DNA of 64,000 nt from Bacteroidales bacterium (GCA_038244215.1 JBBRTR010000001.1:314-64313), one strand, 5' to 3'; numbered from the stretch's first letter, positions 50,968-61,642 are shown. Notes: generated from the sequence alone by a model not told the origin. A program made the numbers and translations.

Positions 50968-51408
50968 ATGACTGGATTAATGGAACTTGGCTACCTTGGA
51001 CTTTTTATAGCGTCTTTTCTTGCAGCTACAGTAGTACCTTTCAGCTCCGAAGTGATTTTTTCAGCTATGGTTTTCGGTGGTTTGGATGCCTGGACTTGTG
51101 TTTGGGTAGCAACTCTTGGTAATTTTCTGGGTGGAATGACAAGTTATTATGTGGGTTTACTGGGTAAAATGGAATGGATTGAAAAATATTTTCATATTAA
51201 AAAAGAGAAAATTGAAAATCTCACCGGTCGTATTCAAAAGTATGGAGATTGGATGGCATTTTTCTCATTCGTTCCTTTTATTGGTGATGTGATTGCAGTG
51301 GCAACTGGCTTTTTTCACTGTAATTGGTGGAAAGTAGCTATTTCAATGTTGATAGGTAAATTTCTTCGATATATTATTTGGATGTATTTTAACGGACTCT
51401 TTATGTGA
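50968..51408 (+). CDS. YqaA/DedA (VTT domain) membrane protein
   Basis: SFLAATVVPFSSE, ATLGNFLGG, PFIGD, GKFLRY. Confidence 0.9.
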   Translation: MTGLMELGYLGLFIASFLAATVVPFSSEVIFSAMVFGGLDAWTCVWVATLGNFLGGMTSYYVGLLGKMEWIEKYFHIKKEKIENLTGRIQKYGDWMAFFSFVPFIGDVIAVATGFFHCNWWKVAISMLIGKFLRYIIWMYFNGLFM

Positions 51409-51413
51409 TTTTT

Positions 51414-51959
51414 ATGTCGATTCGAATAAAGGTATTATTGTCGTTTTTAATTGTTAGTCTGGTTGCCGTTTACTCGCAATCGGAACTCAAAATTATAGAC
51501 AAAATAATCGAATTCGGGCAAAGGATAGATGAAAACAGAAAAATTGACGTAATAATTGTGCATTCTGTTTATAATAATTCAGGCGGAGATAAATACGACA
51601 TTGATTTGGTTATCAAGCAATTTTCGAATTATTATGTTAGTTCACATTATGTAATTGGGAGAGATGGAACGATTTATCAACTAGTCAAAGAAAAGGATAT
51701 AGCCTATCATGCCGGAAAAAGCTGTTTGCCTGATGGACGTATATGTGTGAATTCCTGTTCAATTGGTATTGAATTGATTACTTCGATAGATGAGGCACCG
51801 ACAGAAGAACAAATCACTTCATTAACTGCCCTTGTGAAAGATATCAAATATCGCTATAAAATTAATTATATACTTCGTCACAGCGATATCGCACCTGACA
51901 GAAAAACAGATCCTTGGAATTTAAACTGGGAAGATTTTTTGAAACGGATTGAAGGATAA
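51414..51959 (+). CDS. N-acetylmuramoyl-L-alanine amidase (Amidase_2, AmpD-like)
   Basis: IIVHS, SSHYVI, AYHAG, SIGIEL, HSDIAPDRKTDP. Confidence 0.92.
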   Translation: MSIRIKVLLSFLIVSLVAVYSQSELKIIDKIIEFGQRIDENRKIDVIIVHSVYNNSGGDKYDIDLVIKQFSNYYVSSHYVIGRDGTIYQLVKEKDIAYHAGKSCLPDGRICVNSCSIGIELITSIDEAPTEEQITSLTALVKDIKYRYKINYILRHSDIAPDRKTDPWNLNWEDFLKRIEG

Positions 51960-52014
51960 AAAAAGGAGGAAATCAAAGTGGTTTCCTCTAAATTTATCTT
52001 AAGTAAGGCTGGTT

Positions 52015-53331
52015 TTAAATGGTCAGCAAATATTGTTTGAACGATTCAAAATCATTTTGCATGGGTATGCTTTGCTTCTCCCCTTTCATAAATTCCTGCA
52101 ATTTCTGGGGAATTTCGACCTTTTCTCCAATTATATTTTCAACGGTTTCGAGGAACTTTGCCGGATGTGCAGTTTCGAGAAAAATTCCATATTCACTTTC
52201 GCCAAGTTTTTCTTTCAAGGCGCGGTAACCAACTGCTCCATGCGGATCAAGCAAATACCCAGTTTTTTCTTTGCAATTCTTCAGTGTTTCTGCAATTTGT
52301 TCGTCATTGTAACTTACCCCGCTGATTTCTGAAGTAATTGCTTCATGTGATTGGCCATACAAATCCAACACACGTGCAAAATTGCTCGGATCGCCCACAT
52401 CCATGGCATTTGCTATAGTTGAAACCGAAGGACGTGGTTTGTATTCTCCTGTTTGAAGATATTGTAAGAAAATATCATTCCGGTTATTGGCAGCGATAAA
52501 ACGTTTCACCGGCAATCCCATCTTTTTTGCAAAAAGTCCCGCTGTGATATTTCCAAAATTTCCGCTTGGAACACAAAAGACCATTTCCAGCTCATCGACA
52601 GACAGTTTTGGATGAATAGATTTTAATTGTGCGAAAGCATAAAAATAATAAAATGCCTGAGGTAGAAAACGTGCCACATTGATAGAATTTGCCGAAGTCA
52701 ACTTCATTTTGGAATTTAGTTCTTGATCCATAAATGCCGATTTAACCAATGCCTGACAATCATCAAAAGTTCCATCCACTTCAAGTGCAGTAATGTTCTG
52801 ACCAAGTGTTGTAAACTGACATTCCTGAATCGGGCTTACCAATCCTTTCGGATATAAAACGTAAACATGAATACCTTCAACGCCCAAAAATCCATTCGCC
52901 ACAGCACTTCCTGTATCACCCGAAGTTGCAACCAAAACATTTATGTTTTTTTCGCCCTGTTTCTGAATAAAATAACCCAACAAACGCGACATAAACCGTC
53001 CACCTACATCTTTAAATGCCAATGTTGGTCCATGATAAAGTTCCAAACTATAAATACTGTCATTCACATGCACCAAAGGCACATCGAAATTCAGAGTTTC
53101 ATAAACGATTTTCTTTAATGCGTCTGCTTCCACATCTTCGCCAAAAAAAGCATCAGCCACCACATATGACATTTCCTGAAAAGACAAATTCTCAATCGTA
53201 TCGAAAAATTCCTGTGGTAACTTTTTAATAGTATCAGGCATAAACAAACCTTTATCCTCTGCTAAACCTTTTACCACTGCGTTCTGCAAACTAACGCCTG
53301 AGATCTTTTTATTTGTACTGTAATATTTCAT
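52015..53331 (-). CDS. thrC: threonine synthase
   Basis: ELYHGPTLAFKD, ATSGDTG, SANSIN, PSGNFGN, TAHPAKF. Confidence 0.97.
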   Translation of the reverse strand: MKYYSTNKKISGVSLQNAVVKGLAEDKGLFMPDTIKKLPQEFFDTIENLSFQEMSYVVADAFFGEDVEADALKKIVYETLNFDVPLVHVNDSIYSLELYHGPTLAFKDVGGRFMSRLLGYFIQKQGEKNINVLVATSGDTGSAVANGFLGVEGIHVYVLYPKGLVSPIQECQFTTLGQNITALEVDGTFDDCQALVKSAFMDQELNSKMKLTSANSINVARFLPQAFYYFYAFAQLKSIHPKLSVDELEMVFCVPSGNFGNITAGLFAKKMGLPVKRFIAANNRNDIFLQYLQTGEYKPRPSVSTIANAMDVGDPSNFARVLDLYGQSHEAITSEISGVSYNDEQIAETLKNCKEKTGYLLDPHGAVGYRALKEKLGESEYGIFLETAHPAKFLETVENIIGEKVEIPQKLQEFMKGEKQSIPMQNDFESFKQYLLTI

Positions 53332-54533
53332 TTTATCAACGCTTTCATAAATTCATTGCCTTTCAACAACCCATAACTACCTTTTTCCGCCGCAAATTCA
53401 TCATAAACCATCACGTCATCTCCTTTTTCGTTTGTTCGATAAATTACAAACGGAACAGGTGTTTTCGTATGTGTTTTATATACGCAAGGAGTCGGATGAT
53501 CGGGTAAAATGGCAATTGTAACCGATTCATTCCATGTTGAAACTTCTTCGAAAATAGGTTTTACAACGCGATAATCAAGATATTCAATTGTTTTTACTTT
53601 TAATGCCACATCTCCTTCATGTCCGGCTTCATCACTGGCTTCAATATGCAAAAACACAAAATCATTTTCATGTAAAGCATCGATGGCTGCCTGTGCTTTT
53701 CCTTCGTAATTGGTATTGTAAAGTCCTGTTGCACCTTCCACCTCAATCACTTTCAATCCGGCATAAACCCCGATTCCTTTGATCAAATCGACAGCCGAAA
53801 TCACCGCTCCGCTATTCAGATGATACAATTCGAGCAATGTCTTCATGGCTGGCTTATAACCCGGTGACCAAGGCCAAATGCTATTGGCTTTATCTTTACT
53901 GGCTGCAGCACGTTTCAAATTTACAGGATGATTTTCAAGTAGTTTTTGTGATTTTAAAATCAAGTCATTCAACAAATCAGCGGTTTTCTGAGCTTCGGGA
54001 TTTTCAGCTTTGATCATCACATCGGCAAACGGAGTTCCCATAACATCATGAGGTGGCGTACAAATCAAATTTTTATTTCCACCTTTCATTTTCAACAAAT
54101 GACGATACGAAACTCCGGGATAAAAACTAATTATTTCGTTTCCAAGCTCTTTTTGCAAAAAAAGAATCAATTCCTCGGCTTCTTCATTGCTGATATGCCC
54201 GGCCGAATGATTCTTAATCTTATTATTTTCAATACAAATCAAATTACAACGCATGGCCATTTCACCATCGTCGATTGCTACACCCATGCTTGCTGCTTCC
54301 AATGAACCTCGTCCTTCGAATACTTTCGCAACATCGTAACCCAAAACGCTCATGTTTGCAATTTCACTTCCGGGAGCAAAACCTTCCGGTATTGTATCAA
54401 GTAACCCGTTACGTCCCAAAGCAGCTATTTTATCTATATTCGGCTTATTTGCAGCCTGAAGGCAGGTTTTATTTCCTAATGAAGCGATTGGTTCATCCGC
54501 CATTCCATCGCCAAGAATTATTATGTATTTCAT
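53328..54533 (-). CDS. cofactor-independent phosphoglycerate mutase family protein (ApgM-like, proposed homoserine kinase)
   Basis: LGDGMAD, GSEIAN, HIEASDEAGH, PDHPTP; overlaps the thrC start. Confidence 0.88.
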   Translation of the reverse strand: MKYIIILGDGMADEPIASLGNKTCLQAANKPNIDKIAALGRNGLLDTIPEGFAPGSEIANMSVLGYDVAKVFEGRGSLEAASMGVAIDDGEMAMRCNLICIENNKIKNHSAGHISNEEAEELILFLQKELGNEIISFYPGVSYRHLLKMKGGNKNLICTPPHDVMGTPFADVMIKAENPEAQKTADLLNDLILKSQKLLENHPVNLKRAAASKDKANSIWPWSPGYKPAMKTLLELYHLNSGAVISAVDLIKGIGVYAGLKVIEVEGATGLYNTNYEGKAQAAIDALHENDFVFLHIEASDEAGHEGDVALKVKTIEYLDYRVVKPIFEEVSTWNESVTIAILPDHPTPCVYKTHTKTPVPFVIYRTNEKGDDVMVYDEFAAEKGSYGLLKGNEFMKALIK

Positions 54534-54534
54534 A

Positions 54535-54634
54535 TTACCCCTAACCCCTAAAGGGGAATTAGTTAGTTTTTAACTCAATATATTTATTTTATAAATTTGG
54601 AATCACTTTTCATTCCCTTTATTGGTTTGGGTCA
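54535..54634. mobile_element. MITE/REP-doublet-like element filling the intergenic gap
   Basis: 54535-54559 ttacccctaacccctaaaggggaat and a degenerate inverted partner at 54612-54634; same family as 2159-2273. Confidence 0.75.
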
Positions 54635-54635
54635 T

Positions 54636-55661
54636 TTATTCCAAAAAATCTTTGTAATCGTCCAAAGCTTCTTCAAATTTTAAAATTGTATCGGACAATG
54701 ACATATAGCTTTCAGCACCGGCAGCGTTTAAATGACCTCCGCCCTTAAACAAATCGGCCGCAACTTTATTGGCAGGGAAAGTTCCCTGTGAACGGAACGA
54801 TATCTTTATTTTATCAGTTTCTTCACGCATAAATACCGAAAAATCAACTCCATCAACTGTAAGTGGAATATTTACAAAGCCTTCAGAATCTCCATTTACA
54901 TAATTAAACATGGTCAATTCTTTGGAAGTAAGTGCAATTAAAGCCGTTTTATATTCAGGGTAAATTTTCATTTTCTTGTACAAACTAAAGCCCATTAAAC
55001 GCAATCTGTCAACAGAATAGGTATTGAAAACTTTTCGATAAATATCATCTTTATCAATTCCAATCTTGATTAATTCCGAAATAATAATATAAATCTCGTG
55101 TTTATCCGAATTATATGTAAAACCGCCAGTGTCTGTCATCATGCCCGTATAAATACATTCGGCACAAGCCAGATTTATTTTCGAAAAATCACCCAACCGG
55201 CAAATCAGCCTGAATATCAATTCACTGGTAGATGAAAGTTCCGGATGAGAAATAGCTATTTTTGCAAAGTCAGCCGGATGCAAATGATGATCTATTAAAA
55301 TCTTGGGAGCATTTGTTGCCATAACGGCATCGGCCATATCTCCCATTCGCTTTGGAGTATTAAAATCGAGTGCGAAAATTAAATCAGATGCAGCTAAAAA
55401 ATCATCTGAAGTTTTCTTGTTTTCTTCATAAATCATAACACATTCTGAGCCCGGCATCCACGACAGAAAATTCGGAAATGATGTTGGAACAATGATCACT
55501 GATTCTTTATCTAATGTCATCAAATAATGCCACAATCCCAATGACGCACCCATTGCATCACCATCAGGACCAACATGTGCCACTATGACAATTTTTTCAG
55601 CATTTGAGATTGCTATATCAACCTTATTTATAAGATCTTGAGCAATAATTTTCGATATCAT
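54636..55661 (-). CDS. nrnA: DHH-family oligoribonuclease/PAP phosphatase
   Basis: HVGPDGDA, IDHH, TDTGGF, SFRS, GGGH.NAAG. Confidence 0.9.
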   Translation of the reverse strand: MISKIIAQDLINKVDIAISNAEKIVIVAHVGPDGDAMGASLGLWHYLMTLDKESVIIVPTSFPNFLSWMPGSECVMIYEENKKTSDDFLAASDLIFALDFNTPKRMGDMADAVMATNAPKILIDHHLHPADFAKIAISHPELSSTSELIFRLICRLGDFSKINLACAECIYTGMMTDTGGFTYNSDKHEIYIIISELIKIGIDKDDIYRKVFNTYSVDRLRLMGFSLYKKMKIYPEYKTALIALTSKELTMFNYVNGDSEGFVNIPLTVDGVDFSVFMREETDKIKISFRSQGTFPANKVAADLFKGGGHLNAAGAESYMSLSDTILKFEEALDDYKDFLE

Positions 55662-55733
55662 TTTATTAATTTTAATTTAATTGCAAAAGTAGCAAAAAAA
55701 TATGATTTTGAGAATCTTTACGCTGTCTGAAAG

Positions 55734-57794
55734 TTAATCCGTAATGTTCAGTATATAAACACCATGCTCAGCTACAGAATAGAAATCAATTTTACGTTCC
55801 AGACATGTCTGTTTTATTTGTTCAGCATACCATTTCGAAATACTCTTATCCACAATTATTTTTCGAGGCGAAACACATTCCAGAATTTGCTTGATTTTAG
55901 GTTTCAGTTTATTTCCGATAATCAGGTAATCAATTTTAAACGCATTTTCAGTGGTTTTGTTCTTCAAAAACATATCCGTCAGAATACAGATTCTCTTTCC
56001 CTGAAATAGAAAAAAGCCATTTGAAAATAGTTCATTTTGACTGATATTTTGTGGATTATTCAATTTTTTGTTAATCCAAAAACTTTGAACCGTTTTCATT
56101 AATGCCAAACTATCAGTAGTAAAAACACTGTGATTTTTACCTTTTATGAAATCAATATGCGTATTTGAATTATCAGAATATACTATTATTTGTCTCGCTT
56201 TTAGGGTGTTATAATTATTGAAAAGATTGAGTATGAAAAATGAATTAATCAAAATTAAAATTCCAAAAACATATCTGTATTTTTTATTTTCAATGTAAAA
56301 CATGAAAACAAAAACACTTGCAAAAATGAGAAAAACCTGGAAGGAATTAATGGTTGTAATCGTCAAAGAATGTGGTATATCGTGTATAAACTGAATACAA
56401 TAATTTAAAATCCGCAACAACCATTCAAGCACAAAAGCCACACCGACAGAAATATACGGGACTGGAGAGAGAATAAACAAGGCAACCGCCGTGTAAATAA
56501 TGAAGCTTGCAAAAGGAATGGCTACAAAATTGGTGAGAAAGAAATAATTGGCAAACTGATGAAAGTAAAACAAGGCGTAAGGAGCAGTTCCAATCTGAGC
56601 AGCTAATGAAACAGCCGTCAAATCCCAAGCCCATTTCAAAGCTTTAGTCTTAGGGTTAAACCATTTAGAAATTTTAGGCTGAAAATAAACGATACTTATC
56701 ACAGCACTGTAACTTAGCTGAAAACCTACATCATATAAAAAATTTGGATTATAAAGTAACATGCCAAATGCTGAAGCAAATATTGTATTGTAAATCAGAC
56801 TTTTTCGTTCAAGTCCGGTACCAATTGCAATCATCGAAAACATTATGGTGGAACGAATAACGGAAGGTGGAAGTCCGGTAATAAAGGCATACATCCACAA
56901 AAACAGAACAATTAATATGGTTTTCAAAATTTTAAGAGAAGGTTTTTTATTGAGAAACGAAAGCAAAAAACCCAATACAAGAAAGATAACTCCAACGTGC
57001 AAACCGCTAACTGCCAAAATATGCATACCGCCACTAGTTGTATAATTTTGTCTCAACTCCGGATTTAATGCATCTTTACTACCTAAAGTCAAAGCGGAAA
57101 GAACGGCATATTCGTCACCTGTAATGCCAAATTTTTTATAAATAGCGAGAAGTTTTTTCTGCATTTGTTCCGAGAACCGCATGATGGAGAAATAGGGATT
57201 AGCACTTGATTTTTGCCAGTTTTCAGTAGAAATATAGGCTGTTCCAACAATTCCTTGTCGTTTCAAATATGTGCGATAATCAAATCCAAAAGGATTTAGA
57301 GCTCCATCCGGTTGAGTGAATTTTGTTCGAAGTAAAAGCTGATCACCCGATGTCAGCGTTGATGCCAAGCTGCTTTTCTGTATGTATATCAGCGCTTTTC
57401 CTGAAGAACTTTTCGGATTATTTTCTTCAATAAATTGAAGTGTTTTTATCCTGCAAAGAAATGAATTTTCTTTTTCAATCGGATTTTCAGTCAGTTCAAC
57501 TTCAAAAACTCCCTCTTTTCCTAAATTCTGAAAAGTGATTCGTTTATCGTACTGTTCTGACAAAAAATATCCAACAAAAAATAAAAAGAAAAAAATTCCG
57601 CAGCCCGAAAGCCAACGGAATTGGAATTGATATTTTGATTTATGAATAAAGAAATCAAGTAGTATAAAAACAAATGACAAGACAATCAGAATGAATTGAC
57701 TCCAAACATACAACTCAATATATTGATAAAAAACGATACCAACTATGAGCGGAAGCAACAACCTAAAAAACGGCGTTCGTTGCAGAAAGTCCAT
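55734..57794 (-). CDS. comEC: ComEC/Rec2 competence family membrane protein
   Basis: NPFGFDY, HILAVSGLHVG, PSVIRS, GFQLSY. Confidence 0.92.
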   Translation of the reverse strand: MDFLQRTPFFRLLLPLIVGIVFYQYIELYVWSQFILIVLSFVFILLDFFIHKSKYQFQFRWLSGCGIFFFLFFVGYFLSEQYDKRITFQNLGKEGVFEVELTENPIEKENSFLCRIKTLQFIEENNPKSSSGKALIYIQKSSLASTLTSGDQLLLRTKFTQPDGALNPFGFDYRTYLKRQGIVGTAYISTENWQKSSANPYFSIMRFSEQMQKKLLAIYKKFGITGDEYAVLSALTLGSKDALNPELRQNYTTSGGMHILAVSGLHVGVIFLVLGFLLSFLNKKPSLKILKTILIVLFLWMYAFITGLPPSVIRSTIMFSMIAIGTGLERKSLIYNTIFASAFGMLLYNPNFLYDVGFQLSYSAVISIVYFQPKISKWFNPKTKALKWAWDLTAVSLAAQIGTAPYALFYFHQFANYFFLTNFVAIPFASFIIYTAVALFILSPVPYISVGVAFVLEWLLRILNYCIQFIHDIPHSLTITTINSFQVFLIFASVFVFMFYIENKKYRYVFGILILINSFFILNLFNNYNTLKARQIIVYSDNSNTHIDFIKGKNHSVFTTDSLALMKTVQSFWINKKLNNPQNISQNELFSNGFFLFQGKRICILTDMFLKNKTTENAFKIDYLIIGNKLKPKIKQILECVSPRKIIVDKSISKWYAEQIKQTCLERKIDFYSVAEHGVYILNITD

Positions 57795-57796
57795 AT

Positions 57797-58447
57797 TTAT
57801 GAATTTAGCATTTCATGTATTGTCTCTCCGGGATTGGAACTTTTGAAAACTGAACTTCCTGCAACCAAAGCAGTTACACCCTGTTCAAAAAGCTTGGGAG
57901 CATTTTGCGAATTCACGCCGCCATCCACTTCAATCACACAATGAGCATTTTTGCGTGCAATTATTTCTTTCAATTCATCAATTCTGTTATAACTTTCTTC
58001 TATGAACTTTTGTCCGCCATATCCCGCGAAAACCGACATAACAAGCACTAAATCAACTTTATCAACAAAGGGTTCTAAAACATTTACCGGTACATCCGGA
58101 TTTATGGTGATTCCGGCTTTTACTCCAAAGGATTTAATTAGTTCTATCACTTCCAAAGGATTTTCTACAGTTTCATAATGAAATGTGATGATAGAAGCGC
58201 CGGCTTCGGCAAACCGTTGAATATACTTTTCCGGGTGTACTATCATTAAATGAACGTCCAACGGTTTGATGCAATATTTTTTCACTGCTTCAATCACAGG
58301 AAATCCAAATGAGATATTCGGCACAAAAGTACCGTCCATAATATCCATATGAAACCATTCGGCTTCACTGGTGTTAATCATTTCACAGACTGCTTTCAGA
58401 TTACCGAAATCAGCGGCCAATAATGATGGAGAAATTATTCTTTTCAT
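57797..58447 (-). CDS. rpe: ribulose-phosphate 3-epimerase
   Basis: SPSLLAADF, HMDIMDG.FVPN, DVHLM, EVDGG. Confidence 0.97.
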   Translation of the reverse strand: MKRIISPSLLAADFGNLKAVCEMINTSEAEWFHMDIMDGTFVPNISFGFPVIEAVKKYCIKPLDVHLMIVHPEKYIQRFAEAGASIITFHYETVENPLEVIELIKSFGVKAGITINPDVPVNVLEPFVDKVDLVLVMSVFAGYGGQKFIEESYNRIDELKEIIARKNAHCVIEVDGGVNSQNAPKLFEQGVTALVAGSSVFKSSNPGETIHEMLNS

Positions 58448-58481
58448 AATTTAATTTGCTGGTTTAAATTGCAAATATAAC

Positions 58482-58517
58482 AAAAAAAGACTTCCAATCA
58501 TTTGGAAGTCTTTTTTT
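58482..58517. terminator. intrinsic terminator
   Basis: aaaaaaagacttccaa-tcat-ttggaagtcttttttt. Confidence 0.75.
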
Positions 58518-58697
58518 TTAATTCAATAACCATTCAACGAACTGATTTTCATCTGTTTTTTGAGCCCTGTAAATAGAAGCAAACTGAAGAATCTTCTGAA
58601 TTGTATCAGCACTTGGTTGTAAGGGTGAAGAAATTTCAATTTTTTTGTTTTCAGTGAACAAATCAGTTTTTTTTAATGAAGTAGAGAGTCTTTGCAT
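58518..58697 (-). CDS. small hypothetical protein downstream of the sigma factor
   Basis: ~59-aa ORF ending exactly at a terminator (PSADTIQKILQFAS...LLN). Confidence 0.55.
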   Translation of the reverse strand: MQRLSTSLKKTDLFTENKKIEISSPLQPSADTIQKILQFASIYRAQKTDENQFVEWLLN

Positions 58698-58877
58698 AGG
58701 CACTTTCGTAATTTTTTAGAGTGATACAACTAAAACGAAGAAGCTTACAAAAAAGTATATTTATTTTTTCTAATTCATTATTAATTAACAATATGAGTTT
58801 AAATAAAATTATAGATAAAATTATAGTATTGAATATGTGTTATTTACAAGTTTTACTTTATCAAGTTAAATGTCTGA

Positions 58878-59471
58878 TTATTTCAATTCAAGATAAACTT
58901 TATTTTCAGCAGCAATTCTGCGCATATTTAGCAAAGCATACCGCATTCTTCCAAGTGCAGTATTAATACTTACATCTGTTCTTTCGGCTATTTCCTTGAA
59001 ACTCAGATCTTCGAAATAGCGCATACGAATCACTTTTTGCTGTGAATGAGGCAACAAATCAATCAAATGCACTACATCAGCCAAAACCTGTTCATTCGAC
59101 ATAGTGTCTTCGATGCATTTTTCGGACAATTTTGCGTTATTTACTATATCGTAATCAACCGCATCGGCCGAAAATGTATTTTCGTTCTTTTCACGACGGA
59201 AATGATCAATAATCAGATTATGAGCAATTCGGTTGATCCAGGCTAAAAACTTGCCTGATTCGACATAACGACCTTGTTGAATGGTAGAAATGGCTTTAAT
59301 AAAGGTGTCCTGGAAAATATCTTCGGTGAGTTCACGATTACGTACAATCAAGAAAATATAGGTAAATACTTTCGATTTATATCGTAACAATAAAATTTCA
59401 AACGCCTGATTATTGCCTGTTTCATACAATTTTACCAATTCATCATCGGTTAATTGATTCACATTTTTCAT
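58878..59471 (-). CDS. ECF-type sigma-70 factor
   Basis: DIFQDTFIK, WINRIAHNLIID, SFKEIAE...SINTALGRMRYA. Confidence 0.95.
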   Translation of the reverse strand: MKNVNQLTDDELVKLYETGNNQAFEILLLRYKSKVFTYIFLIVRNRELTEDIFQDTFIKAISTIQQGRYVESGKFLAWINRIAHNLIIDHFRREKNENTFSADAVDYDIVNNAKLSEKCIEDTMSNEQVLADVVHLIDLLPHSQQKVIRMRYFEDLSFKEIAERTDVSINTALGRMRYALLNMRRIAAENKVYLELK

Positions 59472-59881
59472 TACTTTTAATTTTGAGGTTTAAAGTAATC
59501 TTCGGCAATAGGCTTGTTAATTTTAAGTAAGTAGTTGAGATGTTTAGTCTGCAAATGTAGCGATTGTTTTGATAAGAAAAAATTTTTCTGCTAATAAAGT
59601 GCAAAATATTTAGTTCTAATGTCCAAAAACATTATTTTCAAAGCAGGAAAGTAAAAATACAATAATTTCAGAATTAATTATCCGTTTAGTAATAAGGCAT
59701 TTATAACATACTACATTAACACAATAACTATTCAACTTAAAGCACCAAACATTGCAGATATTTATTCTCAAAATTAATAAAGTTTTAATTTCAAATAAAT
59801 AAGCACGCTTTTAAACACTGTAATTTGAAAATATTAAAAATATTTTTTACTTTTGCTTGCAACTTTAATTAAGAATCGCAA

Positions 59882-60442
59882 ATGATACCAGAACAAATCC
59901 AAACTAAAATTTTTCTGATTCGTGAGCAAAGAGTAATGCTCGATTTTGATCTGGCTGAACTTTATTGCGTAGAAACAAAAAATCTAAATTTAAGTGTTAA
60001 AAGGAGTTTCAAACGCTTTCCACCAGATTTTATGTTTCGTTTAAGTTCAGAAAAATGGAATAGTTTGAGGTTGCAAAATGAAACCTCAAACAGAGGCGGT
60101 CGTCGTTATCTACCATATGCATTCACTGAACATGGGGTTGCTATGCTTTCGGGATTATGAAACAGTGAAATAGCTATTGAAATGAATATTTCAATAATGC
60201 GTGCATTTATTGCTTTGCGTCAGTTGATAATAAGTCCGCCCATTGCTAAAGTTGCAGAACTGCAAACACAATTCAATGAGCTGAGAGCTTATATTGAAGA
60301 AGTATTAACTGATTACAATGATATAAACGAAAATACACGCATGCAAATTGATTTAATAAATGAATCGTTAGCTGAATTACAAGCTGATAAAACTATAAGA
60401 AACATTCCAAGAAAACGGATTGGATATATTTCAGAAGAATAG
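59882..60442 (+). pseudogene. ORF6N-domain DNA-binding protein interrupted by an in-frame TGA
   Basis: RVMLDFDLAELY, RFPPDFMF, PYAFTEHGVAMLS; TGA at 60158-60160, then the same frame continues NSEIAIEMNISIMRAF. Confidence 0.85.
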
Positions 60443-60454
60443 TATTAGAATTCT

Positions 60455-61642
60455 TTATTCCACCCAAAGTACTAATCCTTTGAGATATTCGCCTTCGGGA
60501 TGGTAAATATTAATCGGATGATCGGCAGGTTGCGACAGTTGGTGTAAAATTCGTACATTTCTTCCTGTTTCGGCCGCAGCACTAAACACTGCCAACCTGA
60601 ATTGTTCTTTAGAAACTACCTGCGAACAAGAGAAAGTAAACACAATACCTCCGGGTTTAATTTGCTGAATTGCCTTAGCATTCAATCGTTTGTAACCTTT
60701 CAGCGCATTACGTAAAGCCTCACGATGTTTGGCAAAGGCAGGTGGATCGAGAATAATTATATCATATTTTTGCTCTGATTCTTGTAAATTATTCAAAAAT
60801 TTAAAAGCATCTTCGGCAAAAGAAGTATGACGCAAATCGTTTGGAAAATTCAATTCCATATTTTTGTCAGTCAGGTCAATGGCTTTTGCCGAACTATCGA
60901 CTGAATGAACCAAAGTTGCATTTCCACGCATGGCATACACCGAAAATCCACCCGTATAACAAAACATGTTCAAAACAGATTTTCCAGCCGAATAACCTTC
61001 GAGCAATGAACGGTTTTCGCGTTGATCCACGAAAAATCCTGTCTTTTGTCCTTTCAACCAATCAACATGAAACTGCAAACTATTTTCATTAGCTGTAAGA
61101 CTCTTGGATTCTTTCCCAATCAAATAACCATCTTCAGGTTCGATAGCAGCTTTGAAAGGCAAGGTTGTTTCGGATTTGTAATAAACATTTTTTACTTCCG
61201 GCTCATTGGCAACAATCGCTTTGGCAAGTGTTTCTCGAATTTCGTGCATCCCAATTGAATGTGCCTGCATAACTGCGGTATCATCATAAACATCCACAAT
61301 CAAACCCGGCAATGAATCACCTTCACCATGAATCAGTCGATATGTATTATTTTTCTTCGCAGCCACCAATCCAAGTGATTGGCGCATTGCATAAGCCAGT
61401 TGAATTTTGCGATTCCAAAAATCAGTATCAATGATAATTTTTTCGAATGAAACAACCCTGACAGCAATACTACCAATCTGATAATGACCGATTGCCAGAA
61501 AATTACGATTTGAATCCAACACTTCAACTAAATCACCTTCAGTCGGTTTCCCTTCGATTTTTTGAATAGCACCTGAAAATATCCACGGATGAAAACGTTG
61601 CAGACTTTCTTCTTTTTTGGGCTTTAATATTATAATAATCAT
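60455..61642 (-). CDS. rlmI: 23S rRNA m5C1962 methyltransferase (RlmI-like)
   Basis: PUA domain HPWIFSG, GQKTGFFVDQRENR, FCYTGGF, LDPPAF, EGEYLK. Confidence 0.9.
   Translation of the reverse strand: MIIIILKPKKEESLQRFHPWIFSGAIQKIEGKPTEGDLVEVLDSNRNFLAIGHYQIGSIAVRVVSFEKIIIDTDFWNRKIQLAYAMRQSLGLVAAKKNNTYRLIHGEGDSLPGLIVDVYDDTAVMQAHSIGMHEIRETLAKAIVANEPEVKNVYYKSETTLPFKAAIEPEDGYLIGKESKSLTANENSLQFHVDWLKGQKTGFFVDQRENRSLLEGYSAGKSVLNMFCYTGGFSVYAMRGNATLVHSVDSSAKAIDLTDKNMELNFPNDLRHTSFAEDAFKFLNNLQESEQKYDIIILDPPAFAKHREALRNALKGYKRLNAKAIQQIKPGGIVFTFSCSQVVSKEQFRLAVFSAAAETGRNVRILHQLSQPADHPINIYHPEGEYLKGLVLWVE

Noticed and set aside
38616-57794. ComEA and ComEC as a competence island
   Set aside because: They are 16 kb apart in housekeeping context and are widespread core genes.
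59882-60442. Prophage or selenocysteine interpretation of the ORF6N gene
   Set aside because: There are no other phage genes or integrase nearby; the TGA position is not a plausible Cys site and I see no SECIS-like hairpin after it.
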